DNA of 64,000 bases from Acidobacteriota bacterium (GCA_026707325.1 JAPOXA010000042.1:11861-75860), one strand, 5' to 3'; numbered from the stretch's first letter, positions 25,451 through 35,278 are shown. The notes: generated from the sequence alone by a model not told the origin. Translations and numbers: made by a program.

Positions 25451-26908
25451 ACTATCGACGGGAAGAACCCGATCATGGCCCTCCGCTCGCTCCTCGCATT
25501 CTCCACCGCGATCCTCGGTCTGGCGCTGCTCGGCGCGACCGTCCTGCCCGCCCAACACCGGGATTCGGACGACCTGCCGCAGGTCACGCCGGACTACCCG
25601 ACACTGGACTCGGCCAGCGGCGGCGGCGCCGTCTACGACCGGCTGCGCCGGTTGATGTCCGAGAAGCCGAAAGCGAGGCGCAGGGCCGCGAACGCGCTGG
25701 CCAAGTCGAATCCGCAAACCCTGGTGCCCCTGGTGGACGCCTACTTCTTCACGCAGGGGGAAGCGCGCACCGACGCACGGCAGCTCCTGGAGTCCCTCTC
25801 AGGAAAGCAGCTCGGAAGCCGCTACCGCGACTGGTTCACGCACGTAGGAAGCCGCACGGACCTTGACGCGCCGCCCGGCTACGTCGCCTGGAAGGGCGAG
25901 CTCTTCTCCCGCATCGACCCGGTCTACCGGCGCATCCTGAGCCCCGGCGTTGCCGTCAGGCTCCGGCTCCGCGAGGTCCAGTGGGGCGGCGTGCCCCTGG
26001 ACGGCATCCCGGCCATCGACGATCCGCAGGCCGTACCCGCCGATACCGCGCGCTTCATGCGCGATACGGATACCGTCTTCGGCGTCCGTATCGGCGGCGA
26101 GCATCGCGCCTATCCGGTGAAGGTCCTCAGTTGGCATGAACTGCTGAACGACACGGTGGGAGGCCAGCCGATCACCCTCTCGTTCTGCACTCTCTGCGGT
26201 TCCGGAATCCTCTACTCGGCAGTCGACGACGGGGGCAACCGGCTGATGTTCGGCACCTCCGGCCTGCTCTACCGATCGAACAAGCTGATGTTCGACCGGG
26301 CCACACTCAGCCTCTGGAGCAACCTGACCGGCGAGGCCATGGTGGGGACGCAAGCCGCCGAAGGCGCCGCGCTCACCATGCTGCCGATGACGCTGACCCG
26401 CTGGGACGCCTGGCGCCAGCGCCATCCCGACACGACCGTGATGGTCCCGGACCCGGCGGCCGCGCAGCGAACGGGCTACCGCTACGTGGAAGGCGCCGCG
26501 GATCAGGCGCGCGCCGGAGTCGAGTTCCCGGTGTGGCGGCAAAGCGATGTACTGGAACGAAACGCGCGGATCTATGCGCTCCGGGTGAACGGCGAAGCGA
26601 AGGCGTATCCCCTCGAGAAGCTGGGCGCGGAGCGCCTGGTCAACGACATCGTTGGAGGGCTCGAAATCGTGCTCGTCCTCGACCCCGACAGCGACGCCGT
26701 GCGAGCCTACGAACGTGGCAGCCTCACGTTCCAGACACCCGACGAGGGCCGGCTTCGGACGCTCCGCGCCGGAGACGGGTCCACCTGGTGGCTCGCGGAG
26801 GAGGGGCTGGCGCCCGAGGGAGACGGCGATCTCCTACCGCGGGTCCCCGGCCACACGGCGTTCTGGTTCGGCTGGTTTGCGTTCTACCCGGAGACGGCGG
26901 TCTACTGA
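25445..26908 (+). CDS. DUF3179-domain protein, secreted
   Basis: 'FGVRIGGEHRAYPVKVLSWHELLNDTVGGQPITLSFCTLCGSGILY...FGTSGLLYRSNKLMFDRATLSLWSNLTGEAMVG' is the DUF3179 core. The start is either ATG 25445 or ATG 25475 (MALRSLLAFSTAILGLALLGA). Confidence 0.85.
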   Translation: MHTIDGKNPIMALRSLLAFSTAILGLALLGATVLPAQHRDSDDLPQVTPDYPTLDSASGGGAVYDRLRRLMSEKPKARRRAANALAKSNPQTLVPLVDAYFFTQGEARTDARQLLESLSGKQLGSRYRDWFTHVGSRTDLDAPPGYVAWKGELFSRIDPVYRRILSPGVAVRLRLREVQWGGVPLDGIPAIDDPQAVPADTARFMRDTDTVFGVRIGGEHRAYPVKVLSWHELLNDTVGGQPITLSFCTLCGSGILYSAVDDGGNRLMFGTSGLLYRSNKLMFDRATLSLWSNLTGEAMVGTQAAEGAALTMLPMTLTRWDAWRQRHPDTTVMVPDPAAAQRTGYRYVEGAADQARAGVEFPVWRQSDVLERNARIYALRVNGEAKAYPLEKLGAERLVNDIVGGLEIVLVLDPDSDAVRAYERGSLTFQTPDEGRLRTLRAGDGSTWWLAEEGLAPEGDGDLLPRVPGHTAFWFGWFAFYPETAVY

Positions 26909-26949
26909 CTCCCCCGGCCCCGGGCGGATCCACGCCGGGTTCGGCTACC

Positions 26950-29496
26950 TCAGTCGCCGCAGGGAAACGCCTTGTTGTCGCTCCTCGCCGCGGCGGTCTG
27001 ACCGAGACGGTTGCTGTGCCTCCAGACCTCGTCGTCTGGGTTCGGCGACACCACGGTGAGATCGAACGCGAGGTCCGTCACAGGCGCCACGTACACCCAC
27101 CGATAGGGGGCGAAACTGCAAGTGTCCAGCACCTTGATGAGAACCTCGGCGTTGTTCGGGTTGAAGAAGTAGAGGAGGCCAGACTGCTTCGATTTGAGCC
27201 CGTAGTCCTGCGCCTTCGTGACCGTCGGCTCGCCCGTCGCGGAGTCCAGGTACTCGACGCACATGTTCACGATGTAGCCATCCGCCAGCGTCGCCACCGG
27301 CTCGGGTTCGCAGTCCGTCGCCTCGTTGGGAGCGATCGCCTGAGTGACGCCAACGGGTGCCGGCGCCGAAAAGACCGGCGGCGCAATCGCGGAGCGGGCC
27401 ACGGGGAAGCCGGAATCGACGAGTTCCAGCCCCGGCGTACCAGCGGGGCCAAGTGCCACGGCCACCGTCGAGGCGGATGTCTCACAGGGGAACGCGCGGT
27501 TGTCGCTCCGGGTCGTCGCAGTCGTTCCACCCTTCGGATTCCGGTGCGTCCACCGCCTTCCGGGCGCGGACTCTTCCACGTTGAGATTGTCCACGTGGAG
27601 ATTGAACGCAAGGTCCGTTACCGGCGCCACGTAGACCCAGTAGTAGTCGCTGATGGCACAGGTGTTCAGCACCTTGACCAGCACCTCCGCATTGTCCCGA
27701 TCGAAGAAGTACAGGATGCCGGACTCGCTCGACTCCAGACCGTAGTTCTGGGCGTCCTCCGCAACGGTTTGACCCGTGTCCGGGTCTCGGTACTCGACGC
27801 ACATGCTGACGGAAAAGCCATGCTCGAACGTGATCTGCGAGGCCGATGGCACGCAGTTCGTGTACTCGGCCTCGCTCAGGATGATCGTGGTCACTCCGCT
27901 ATTCCGGCCGCCGCTCCGGTTCCAGGCCCGGACGCGGAAGTCGTAGCGGCCGCCGGCACGGAGGCCGTCGACATCGGCCGACTCCGCGTTCGCGGGCGCC
28001 TCGGCCACCGTCCGCCAGCCGGCGCCCGCGAGCCGGGCGTGGACGTGGAAGCCGTGCTCGTTGTCCGACGCGTCGGTCCAGGTCACCTTGACGCTGGTGC
28101 TGGCGGTCGCGATGACGCTGACATCCGTCGGCGCGTCCGGGCGGTCGCCAGGCGGCGGCGGTGGTGGCGGCGGTTCCCCCGGTTCCGGAAGATGGTCGCT
28201 GAGCCGGACCGCGATGTGAATGGTCTGCTGCACGGCGCGCTCGTTCTCCCGCTCGTCCTTGACGCCGAGGGTGTAGCCATCCGGTTTCACCCGCACGGTC
28301 GAGAAGAACGGCATCTGCCTGCCCTCGTTGTAGCTCATGACGCTCTTCCGGTTGGGCTGGGGCGTGAAGTTGTGGTGACCGTAGGCGTACGGATAGACCG
28401 CATTCGAACGCTGCACGCCCGTGTTGTCCGGGTCGTGGTTCCCGCCCAGGTTGTGCCCGATCTCGTGGGCGAACGTCTCGACGTGGTTCGCGTGTTCTCC
28501 AGGCCGTACCAGGCGCTCGGCGCTGACGCAGCCGCCGGCCACGGACGTGATGCCGTAGCCGCTACCCCAGAAGTTCGCCGCCGTGTGCCCACGCGTCATC
28601 ACCCATGCCTGACCGCAGAGACCGGCGTCGGCGTTGAAGAACAGGTGGACGAGATCGGCCTCATGCTCCACTCGCAGGTCGTGCACCTCTCGATTGTTGG
28701 TGAGCGGGTCCAGCGGATTGTTGAACTGACCGAGTCCGGCCGGCGCCTCCTCCTGATGCACCATGTTCGCCGTCACGGCGACCTGGTTGTTGCGGAACAC
28801 CAGGTTCAGGTAGTCCATCGCGTGCTGTGTGAACATTGCGGGCGGCCCCCAGCCAGCCTGTTCCAACCGCTGCCGCGCGGACGCCGTGTAGAGGATGAGG
28901 ATGTCGAGCCGGTCGTGGTTCGACGCACTGGCCACGCGCCGCGGCGTGTCAGCGCGCGCCGCCGCGGCGACCCGCGCCGCCGGGTCGGCGTCCGGAACGA
29001 CTCCGCCGCCACAGGCCCGGGCCGAAGCCTCGCCGCCCTCGGTCAGGCGGCCGAAACCGTCGGCGGGCGAGCGAATCCAGTAGGTGTCGCCTTCCGGCAG
29101 CCCCAAGCGCCCGACCAGGTGGCCGTCCTGCAACGTCAGCAAGACGCTGTCGTAGCCAGCTTCCGGGTAGCCGCCAACCCACATCGCATTCCCGTCGCCG
29201 CGGTCTTCGAAGACGCGCATCTCCGGGGCCAGCACGCGGCCGTCCGGCGCCTCGAACTCAAGGCGTCGGGGAGCGGAACGCACGAGATCGTGATCGACCT
29301 CGACGGACCACCCGCCGTCCGAGGTCGGATCATCGCCCAGCGGGACGACGTTCAGAAACCGCTGACCCTGCGCACTCGCGGCAAGAAAGACAAGGAGGAA
29401 AAGCGGCAGACAGGACGGAAAGGGCCGTCCCCGCCGTCGGTCTGAAAGGGGCGCGCAAGCGCCGTCATCCCCTGCGGGAAGTCGTCGATCGTTCAT
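26950..29496 (-). CDS. Secreted zinc metalloprotease (metzincin/reprolysin-like) + FN3 + two C-terminal repeats of an unnamed domain (848 aa)
   Basis: HEIGHNLGGNHD (HExxHxxGxxH) lies at 28432-28467. A poly-Pro linker precedes an FN3-like 'PTDVSVIATASTSVKVTWTD..RYDFRVRAWN'. The repeats lie at 27484-27855 and 26953-27312. A signal-like 'LPLFLLVFLAASAQGQ' is present. Confidence 0.9.
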   Translation of the reverse strand: MNDRRLPAGDDGACAPLSDRRRGRPFPSCLPLFLLVFLAASAQGQRFLNVVPLGDDPTSDGGWSVEVDHDLVRSAPRRLEFEAPDGRVLAPEMRVFEDRGDGNAMWVGGYPEAGYDSVLLTLQDGHLVGRLGLPEGDTYWIRSPADGFGRLTEGGEASARACGGGVVPDADPAARVAAAARADTPRRVASASNHDRLDILILYTASARQRLEQAGWGPPAMFTQHAMDYLNLVFRNNQVAVTANMVHQEEAPAGLGQFNNPLDPLTNNREVHDLRVEHEADLVHLFFNADAGLCGQAWVMTRGHTAANFWGSGYGITSVAGGCVSAERLVRPGEHANHVETFAHEIGHNLGGNHDPDNTGVQRSNAVYPYAYGHHNFTPQPNRKSVMSYNEGRQMPFFSTVRVKPDGYTLGVKDERENERAVQQTIHIAVRLSDHLPEPGEPPPPPPPPGDRPDAPTDVSVIATASTSVKVTWTDASDNEHGFHVHARLAGAGWRTVAEAPANAESADVDGLRAGGRYDFRVRAWNRSGGRNSGVTTIILSEAEYTNCVPSASQITFEHGFSVSMCVEYRDPDTGQTVAEDAQNYGLESSESGILYFFDRDNAEVLVKVLNTCAISDYYWVYVAPVTDLAFNLHVDNLNVEESAPGRRWTHRNPKGGTTATTRSDNRAFPCETSASTVAVALGPAGTPGLELVDSGFPVARSAIAPPVFSAPAPVGVTQAIAPNEATDCEPEPVATLADGYIVNMCVEYLDSATGEPTVTKAQDYGLKSKQSGLLYFFNPNNAEVLIKVLDTCSFAPYRWVYVAPVTDLAFDLTVVSPNPDDEVWRHSNRLGQTAAARSDNKAFPCGD

Positions 29497-29509
29497 GGCG
29501 AATCAGTTC

Positions 29510-29538
29510 AGTATAGACCTCCGCCACAGGGCCGTCAT
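29510..29538 (-). promoter_or_regulatory. Candidate sigma70-type promoter for the 26950-29496 metalloprotease gene
   Basis: On the minus strand the sequence is ATGACG-N17-TATACT, ending 13 nt upstream of the start codon (ATG 29496-29494). It sits in the only AT-rich patch of the 78-bp intergenic gap. It is a sequence-pattern match only. Confidence 0.25.
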
Positions 29539-29574
29539 GGCGTCCGACCGGTCGGTAGCGAGGAGCCGCTCTCC

Positions 29575-32334
29575 CTAGCGCGGCAGCGCTCCGGTGTCGA
29601 TGCCGCCACACAGGCTGCCCGCCGCGTTGTAGTAGGGCACGGACTCGCCGGTTACCGTGTCGGTCAGCGTGATCGTGTACTCCACGTCCGAGAGACCGCC
29701 GTACAGGAACCAGTACTTGCCGGTCAGGGCGCGGCCGTCCAGCACCTTCGCCGCCAGCTCCACGTTGGTCGGGCTGAAGAACCAGAAGAAGCCGGTCTCC
29801 TTCGTCGTCAGCGACGAAACGACCTGGCCGGCCTTCCTCTCATTCACGTTCGGATCGGTGAACTCGACTTCAACCGAGAACCGACCGTCGTGCAGGCAGA
29901 GGCGGCCGGCGCCGGGTTCACAGGTTCCGGCGCCGTCCTGGGCCAGCGCAACACCAGGAACATCGATGGAAACCGCCTTCATCGGGACCAGGTCGACTCC
30001 CTCACTCCCGTCCGCCGCAGCCGAGTCGACGGACGCGGAGAACGCGGCGGGAACGAACGCCGTGATGTCGGACTGACCGCAGTTCTCGGCCGGCGGGTTG
30101 TGGTATGTCCGGCGGCGGCCGCCGGCGGTGTCGCGGACCGTGACCCAGTACTCGACGTCCGAGAGGGCGCCGAAGAACACCCAGTAGTGGCCGTTGACTC
30201 CGGTGCCATCGAGAGCCTTGACCACGAGTTCGATGTTCGAGTTGCTGAAGAACCAGAACATCCCCGACTCGTCCGAGACGTCGACCGGCACGGCGGTCCC
30301 CAGGCCGTACACGCCTTCGCGGTTGTGGTCCTTCCAATGCGCCTGGATCTCGAAGCGGCCCCGGGACAGGCAGAGGTACTGCCCTCCCGATCGGCAGGGG
30401 CCGGACACGTCACCGGTCGTCACGTTGATCTCGTCCGACCAGGAGGAGACCTTGCCGCCGTTTGCGCGCAGACGCAGACGGAAGGTGTAGGGAGCCTCGG
30501 CGTCGAGGCCCTCCACCGTCACCCGACCGGCCGCGGCATCGGTCGAAGCCACGTTGCGCCACCCTTCCTTCCACGACCGCGCCTCGATCTCGACCGTGCC
30601 ATCCACGGGTGACCATCCCAGTTCGACCGCGGTGGCACCGCCAGGCGTCGCCGTGAGGTCGTCCGGCACGCTGATCCCCTCGGGACCGGGGCCTGGACCG
30701 GGACCGTCGCCGCCGGCACGCAGCGTGACGGTGACCAGATCGCTGTCGGCGCCGCCAAGGTTGTGGCGCGCGCGTACCCGAAACGTGTAGCGTCCTTCTT
30801 CCTTCAGTCCGGTAATCTCGATGGACTCAGTGTCAGCCGGCGCCGCACCGACGTGCCTCCAGATGTCCGCGCCTGTTCTGGCCTGGATCGCGAAGGCGAT
30901 CTCATCGTCCGACCGGTCTTCCCATTCAAGTCGAGCGCTTGTACTGCTCGTCGCCTTGACGCTCAGGCTCGCCGGCGCCACGGGCACCCAATCCGGGACC
31001 TCGTCGAACTCCGCCGGATCCGGCATGTGCTCGTCATAACCGACCGCCTGCGGAACCGTGTCGTACAGAGCCCGCTCATTGTCCCGCTCGTCGGCCTTGC
31101 CGATCGTCCAGTCGTTCGGCTGGATGCGCGTCGAGGAGAAGAACGGCACCCACTGGCGCGGCAAGTAGCTCCGGTAGCTCATGATCGTCTCGACCGTGGG
31201 AACGACGTTGATGTCGAAGTGGCCGAAGGCCCACGGCCTGACCGCCACGTCCTTGCTGATCCCGGTGTTGGCGGGATCGTGGTTGGCGCCCAGGTTGTGG
31301 CCGATCTCGTGAGCGAAGACCTGGCCGAAGTAGGGATAGGCGCCCTCCTGGGCGGGGAAGCTGCAGTTCGCGGTCGTCACGCCATGAGCGTTCGACCAGT
31401 CGGCCCGCTCGCCGGCGCGGGTGAGTATGTATGCGCGGCCGCAGAAACCGAGACGTCGCGGATCCTCGCCGATGAACAGGTGGACAAGGTCAGCCCGGTG
31501 CTCCGCCCGCAACTCGGCCACCTCCCGAAGGTCCTGCAACCGTCCAAGCACGGACTGCGGACCGTCCAGCGCCGCGGGCGCTTCGGCCATGTGCACCAGA
31601 CGGGCGCTGGCCGGCATCGAGTTGTTCCGCAACACGAGATTCAGGAAGTCCATCGCGGCTTGAATCGACGCCCTGGGCGTGCCGTAGCCGAAGCTCTCCC
31701 AGACCTCCGCCGCCTCCACCGTGTAGAGAGCGAGAATGTCGAGCCGATCGTGGTTCGACTCGCTGGCCACAACGGTAGGCGGATCGGATCGCCGCGGTCG
31801 GGCTGCGGCGTTCGTCTCCGGCGAATCGGAGACGACGCCTCCCGCGCAGAACTCCACACCGCCCGCCGGTCCGCGCTGGGCAGGCTGATCCAACCAGCCT
31901 CGGCCGTCCCGGCCGGAGCGAATCCAGTGGGCGGCTCTGCCCGGTTCGCCGAACATCCCCTGGAGGTGCCCGCCCTGAACCGTCAACACGACGCTGTCGT
32001 AGTTCGCGCCCGGGAACCGGCCCGCCCACATCACGTTGCCGCCTCCCCGATCCTCGAACGCACTGCGCTCGGCGACCAGGATCCGGCTGTCCGTACCCTG
32101 TAACTCCAGGCGCTGGGGACCCGCACGCACCAGATCGTGGTCGACGACGATCGCCGTTCCGGCCGCGCGCGCCGCGGCGCTCCGGTCGTCGGCGGCGGAC
32201 GCGAGGCTTGCGAACTGCTGGCCTTGAGCACCGGCGGCCACGAACAGCAGACAAAGACCCGGCAGCAGCCGGCGACACGCAAGAGCGACCCGCCTGGACC
32301 GGCGTCCACCAGTCCTGAACCTCAACAGCGACAC
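29575..32334 (-). CDS. Secreted zinc metalloprotease (metzincin/reprolysin-like) + two FN3 + two C-terminal repeats of the same unnamed domain (919 aa)
   Basis: HEIGHNLGANHD lies at 31276-31311. It is collinear with the 848-aa paralog through the pro/catalytic region. It has two FN3-like modules and a GPGPGPGP linker. The repeats lie at 30049-30396 and 29578-29922. The GTG start is preceded by GAGGAGGAG. Confidence 0.9.
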   Translation of the reverse strand: MSLLRFRTGGRRSRRVALACRRLLPGLCLLFVAAGAQGQQFASLASAADDRSAAARAAGTAIVVDHDLVRAGPQRLELQGTDSRILVAERSAFEDRGGGNVMWAGRFPGANYDSVVLTVQGGHLQGMFGEPGRAAHWIRSGRDGRGWLDQPAQRGPAGGVEFCAGGVVSDSPETNAAARPRRSDPPTVVASESNHDRLDILALYTVEAAEVWESFGYGTPRASIQAAMDFLNLVLRNNSMPASARLVHMAEAPAALDGPQSVLGRLQDLREVAELRAEHRADLVHLFIGEDPRRLGFCGRAYILTRAGERADWSNAHGVTTANCSFPAQEGAYPYFGQVFAHEIGHNLGANHDPANTGISKDVAVRPWAFGHFDINVVPTVETIMSYRSYLPRQWVPFFSSTRIQPNDWTIGKADERDNERALYDTVPQAVGYDEHMPDPAEFDEVPDWVPVAPASLSVKATSSTSARLEWEDRSDDEIAFAIQARTGADIWRHVGAAPADTESIEITGLKEEGRYTFRVRARHNLGGADSDLVTVTLRAGGDGPGPGPGPEGISVPDDLTATPGGATAVELGWSPVDGTVEIEARSWKEGWRNVASTDAAAGRVTVEGLDAEAPYTFRLRLRANGGKVSSWSDEINVTTGDVSGPCRSGGQYLCLSRGRFEIQAHWKDHNREGVYGLGTAVPVDVSDESGMFWFFSNSNIELVVKALDGTGVNGHYWVFFGALSDVEYWVTVRDTAGGRRRTYHNPPAENCGQSDITAFVPAAFSASVDSAAADGSEGVDLVPMKAVSIDVPGVALAQDGAGTCEPGAGRLCLHDGRFSVEVEFTDPNVNERKAGQVVSSLTTKETGFFWFFSPTNVELAAKVLDGRALTGKYWFLYGGLSDVEYTITLTDTVTGESVPYYNAAGSLCGGIDTGALPR

Positions 32335-32393
32335 GACTTCTCCTCCTCAAGACCGGGTGTCCGGCCTTTCGGGCCGTCCCCTGCGCGGCAAGG

Positions 32394-33818
32394 CTATCGC
32401 GACGCCGCGTCGCCCACGACGACCACCGCCACGCCCTCGGGGTCGATGAAGCGCTGCGCCGCCCGCAGGATGTCGGCAGCGGTGACCGCGAGGAGCCGCT
32501 CGCGATACACCGCCCAGTATTCGTGAGGGCGACCAAGCAGCTCGTCCTCGGCGTAGCGGCCGGCGACGGTCTCGGCGCGATCGAACAGCAGCGGCAGGCG
32601 GGCGAGAAGGGACTGCCTGGCGGTGGCGATCTCCGTACCGGGCACGTCCTCCTGCCGGAGCCGGCGGAGTTCCTCGAGCACGGCGGCGGCGGCCGTCGCG
32701 GCCGACTCGGGGGCAGTCTCGAGGAAGACGCGGAACTCTCCCCCACCCTGGCTCCCCGCCGAAACCGATGCGGCCGGAACGACATCCAGGTCGAACCAGG
32801 TGAGCACCCGGTAGGTGAGCCCCTCCTCGAGCTGCAGCCGCGAACGCAGACGCGACACCGCGCCCGGGCCGTCGAGGATCTCGGTCAGCAGCATGAGGGC
32901 CCAGCGATCGGGATCGTCCCAGGATTCGAAGACGGCACCCCGGTGGCCGATCGCGATCGCGGCCTGCGGTCCCGCACGGTCGATCGCCCTCCAGCCCGGC
33001 GTCGCGGCGGCGACGGCCGGGAGCGCTCCGCCTCCGGTCGCTTGCCGCTCCGACGCCTTCCAACCGCCGAACAGCTCGTCGAGGCGCGCCACCAGCTCGT
33101 CGGCGTCGACGTCGCCCGAGACGGCGATCACTGCTCCCTCCGGCCGCCAGTGCCGCCGGTGGAACCGGACCAGCACGCCCGGATCGAATGCCGCCACGGA
33201 CGCCTCCGTCAGCCGGCGGCTCCGCTTCGAGTCCGGGCCATGCACGAGACGCAGCCACTCGCGGTCCAGCACCGCCCGCGGGTCGTCGGCTTCCGCCAGC
33301 AGGCTGACGCGGAGGTTCTCTTTCGCCTGTTCCAGTCGTTCTTCGTCGAACCGCGGCTCGAACAGGATCGCCGCCAGCAGCTCCAGCCCCCGGTCGAGCG
33401 ACTCGGAACCCGAGTCGAGCACCAGGACCGTACGTCCCCAGGAACTGCTCGCCTGGATACGGGCGCCCAGGGCGTCGATCTCGTCGTCGAGCTGCTCGGG
33501 ACCGAGGTCGCCGGCGCCGCCGCGCCGCGCCATCGCGGCCGTCATGGAGGCCAGTCCGTCCTCGCCCGGTCCCTCGTTCCGGTCACCGACCGGAAGCGCC
33601 ACCACGACGTCCATGAGCGGCAGGCTGCGGTCGGGCACGACATAGACCGGCAGGCCGTTCCGAAGCTCGAAGCGGAGCCCGTCGACCGGCGGCGGCTCGA
33701 ACGTCGACGGAGCGAAGCGCAGTTCCTCCGGCCGCTCCGGGATCGCCTGCGCCGGAAGGCACTCGGCGAACGGCGGCGCCGCCGCCGCGAGAACCGCGAG
33801 TGCGAGCAGCCGGCTCAC
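32394..33818 (-). CDS. M16 (pitrilysin/insulinase) family protein, non-catalytic-type subunit (no HxxEH)
   Basis: It shows M16 fold-like collinearity ('LRFELRNGLPVYVVPDRSLPLMDVVVALPVGDRNEG') but lacks the HxxEH motif. GTG 33818 (VSRLLALAVLAAAAPP) forms a GTGA overlap with the upstream stop. Confidence 0.85.
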   Translation of the reverse strand: MSRLLALAVLAAAAPPFAECLPAQAIPERPEELRFAPSTFEPPPVDGLRFELRNGLPVYVVPDRSLPLMDVVVALPVGDRNEGPGEDGLASMTAAMARRGGAGDLGPEQLDDEIDALGARIQASSSWGRTVLVLDSGSESLDRGLELLAAILFEPRFDEERLEQAKENLRVSLLAEADDPRAVLDREWLRLVHGPDSKRSRRLTEASVAAFDPGVLVRFHRRHWRPEGAVIAVSGDVDADELVARLDELFGGWKASERQATGGGALPAVAAATPGWRAIDRAGPQAAIAIGHRGAVFESWDDPDRWALMLLTEILDGPGAVSRLRSRLQLEEGLTYRVLTWFDLDVVPAASVSAGSQGGGEFRVFLETAPESAATAAAAVLEELRRLRQEDVPGTEIATARQSLLARLPLLFDRAETVAGRYAEDELLGRPHEYWAVYRERLLAVTAADILRAAQRFIDPEGVAVVVVGDAASR

Positions 33819-35278
33819 GGTCCGGCGTTCCCGGTCCGGGTCAGCGAGAGGACGGCCCGGTCGACCGGCCGGAGCCAGCGGTCGATCACCCGCTCCAGGT
33901 CGTCGGCCGAGACCGCGGCCGCGGCGTCGAGCCATTCCGTCAACTGTCGCCAGCCCCCGAGCGCCTCGGCCGCCGCCAGACGTTGCGCCAGCCCGGCGTC
34001 CTGCTCGAGCTGGCGCCAGGAATCCGTCAGGAGCTGCCGGCGCACCCGCTCGAGTTCGGCATCACCGGCGCGGCCCGTGCGCAACCGGCCGAGGAGCCGG
34101 TCCCAGGCCGGGATCAACTCCTCGGGACCGACGCCCTCGCCCGCCTCGATCCGCACCGCGAAGTAACCGCCGAGGCTGCGCGACACATGCTCCGCCGACG
34201 CCGCGAAGGCGACCCGGCCTTCGCCCACGACCAGGTCCCGGTAGAGCCGGCCGGAACGGCTGTTCAGGAGACCGGCCAGGACGTCCAGGGCGACCGGGTC
34301 GCCACCGGCCTCGAAGGGCACCGTGGGATAGCGAATCTCGACCTGGCTGCGGCAGGCACAGGAGCCTTCGAGGGATTCGAGCGCCGGCTTCGCGACCTTC
34401 TCCGCGCCAGCCGCGTCGCCGGCCTCTCCCCCACGCGCACGGCCGGCGCGGTCGAGCCTGCCGAAGTAGCGTTTCGCCAAGTCGCGAGCGCGCTCTGGCG
34501 ACAGGTCCCCCACCAGCACCGCGACGAGACGGTCGGGCCGGTAGTGGGTTTCGAAGTGGGAACGCGCGTCCGCCGGCAGGAGCCGCGCAACCTCGAGGCG
34601 CTCGCCGCCCGGCGAATGGGCGTAGGGGTGTCCGGCGCCCCAGTAGGCGGCGTCGAACAGCTCGAACCAGGTTCCGGCAGGAGTCGAATCGATGCGCTGG
34701 CGGCGCTCCTGTTCGACCACCGCCAGTTCTCGCCGGAAGCCCCGGAACACCGGCTCGAGCAGGCGGTCGGATTCCATCCAGAACCAGAGTTCGAGCTTCT
34801 CCTTCGGCACGAGCGTCTGGAACGCCGTCGAGTCGTGACGGGTGACCGCGTCGATCCCGAGCGCGGCCGCCCGGGTGTAGATGCTGGAATAGGCGCCGGG
34901 ACGCTGAACGGCGTTCAACCGCCGCTCAACCCGGTCCAGACCGGACACTGTCGCGCCGCGCCGGACGGACTGTTCGTACAGCCGCTCCCAGCGCCGGAGC
35001 AAGGGCGCTTCCTTCTCCCAGTCGCGGGTGCCGATCGTCCGGCTGCCTGCGTACAGGAGATGTTCGACGACGTGGGCGAGACCGCGGCGGCCGGGCGGAT
35101 CCGACGCGGAGCCGCCACGCACCACCCAGACGGCGGCCACCAGGGGCCGGCCAGGGCGTTCGACGACCAGGAAGGTCATCCCGTTGTCGAGGGTGAAACG
35201 GGCGGGTTCGAGGGGCGGCGCGGCAGCGGCCGCCGTTGCGGCGACGAGCAGGAGCGCCGGCGCACCGACGGGTTTCAC
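33815..35278 (-). CDS. M16 family zinc peptidase, catalytic-type subunit
   Basis: 'GLAHVVEHLLYAGS' contains HxxEH at 35060-35074. GTG 35278 (VKPVGAPALLLVAATAAAAA is a signal peptide) forms a GTGA overlap with the upstream CRTAC1-like gene. Confidence 0.85.
   Translation of the reverse strand: MKPVGAPALLLVAATAAAAAPPLEPARFTLDNGMTFLVVERPGRPLVAAVWVVRGGSASDPPGRRGLAHVVEHLLYAGSRTIGTRDWEKEAPLLRRWERLYEQSVRRGATVSGLDRVERRLNAVQRPGAYSSIYTRAAALGIDAVTRHDSTAFQTLVPKEKLELWFWMESDRLLEPVFRGFRRELAVVEQERRQRIDSTPAGTWFELFDAAYWGAGHPYAHSPGGERLEVARLLPADARSHFETHYRPDRLVAVLVGDLSPERARDLAKRYFGRLDRAGRARGGEAGDAAGAEKVAKPALESLEGSCACRSQVEIRYPTVPFEAGGDPVALDVLAGLLNSRSGRLYRDLVVGEGRVAFAASAEHVSRSLGGYFAVRIEAGEGVGPEELIPAWDRLLGRLRTGRAGDAELERVRRQLLTDSWRQLEQDAGLAQRLAAAEALGGWRQLTEWLDAAAAVSADDLERVIDRWLRPVDRAVLSLTRTGNAGP

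Noticed and set aside
26950-32334. A diversity-generating retroelement or other hypervariation mechanism acting on the repeated C-terminal domains of the metalloproteases.
   Set aside because: There is no reverse-transcriptase-like ORF and no template-repeat/variable-repeat pair with adenine-specific differences in or near the locus. The repeats differ at all base types.
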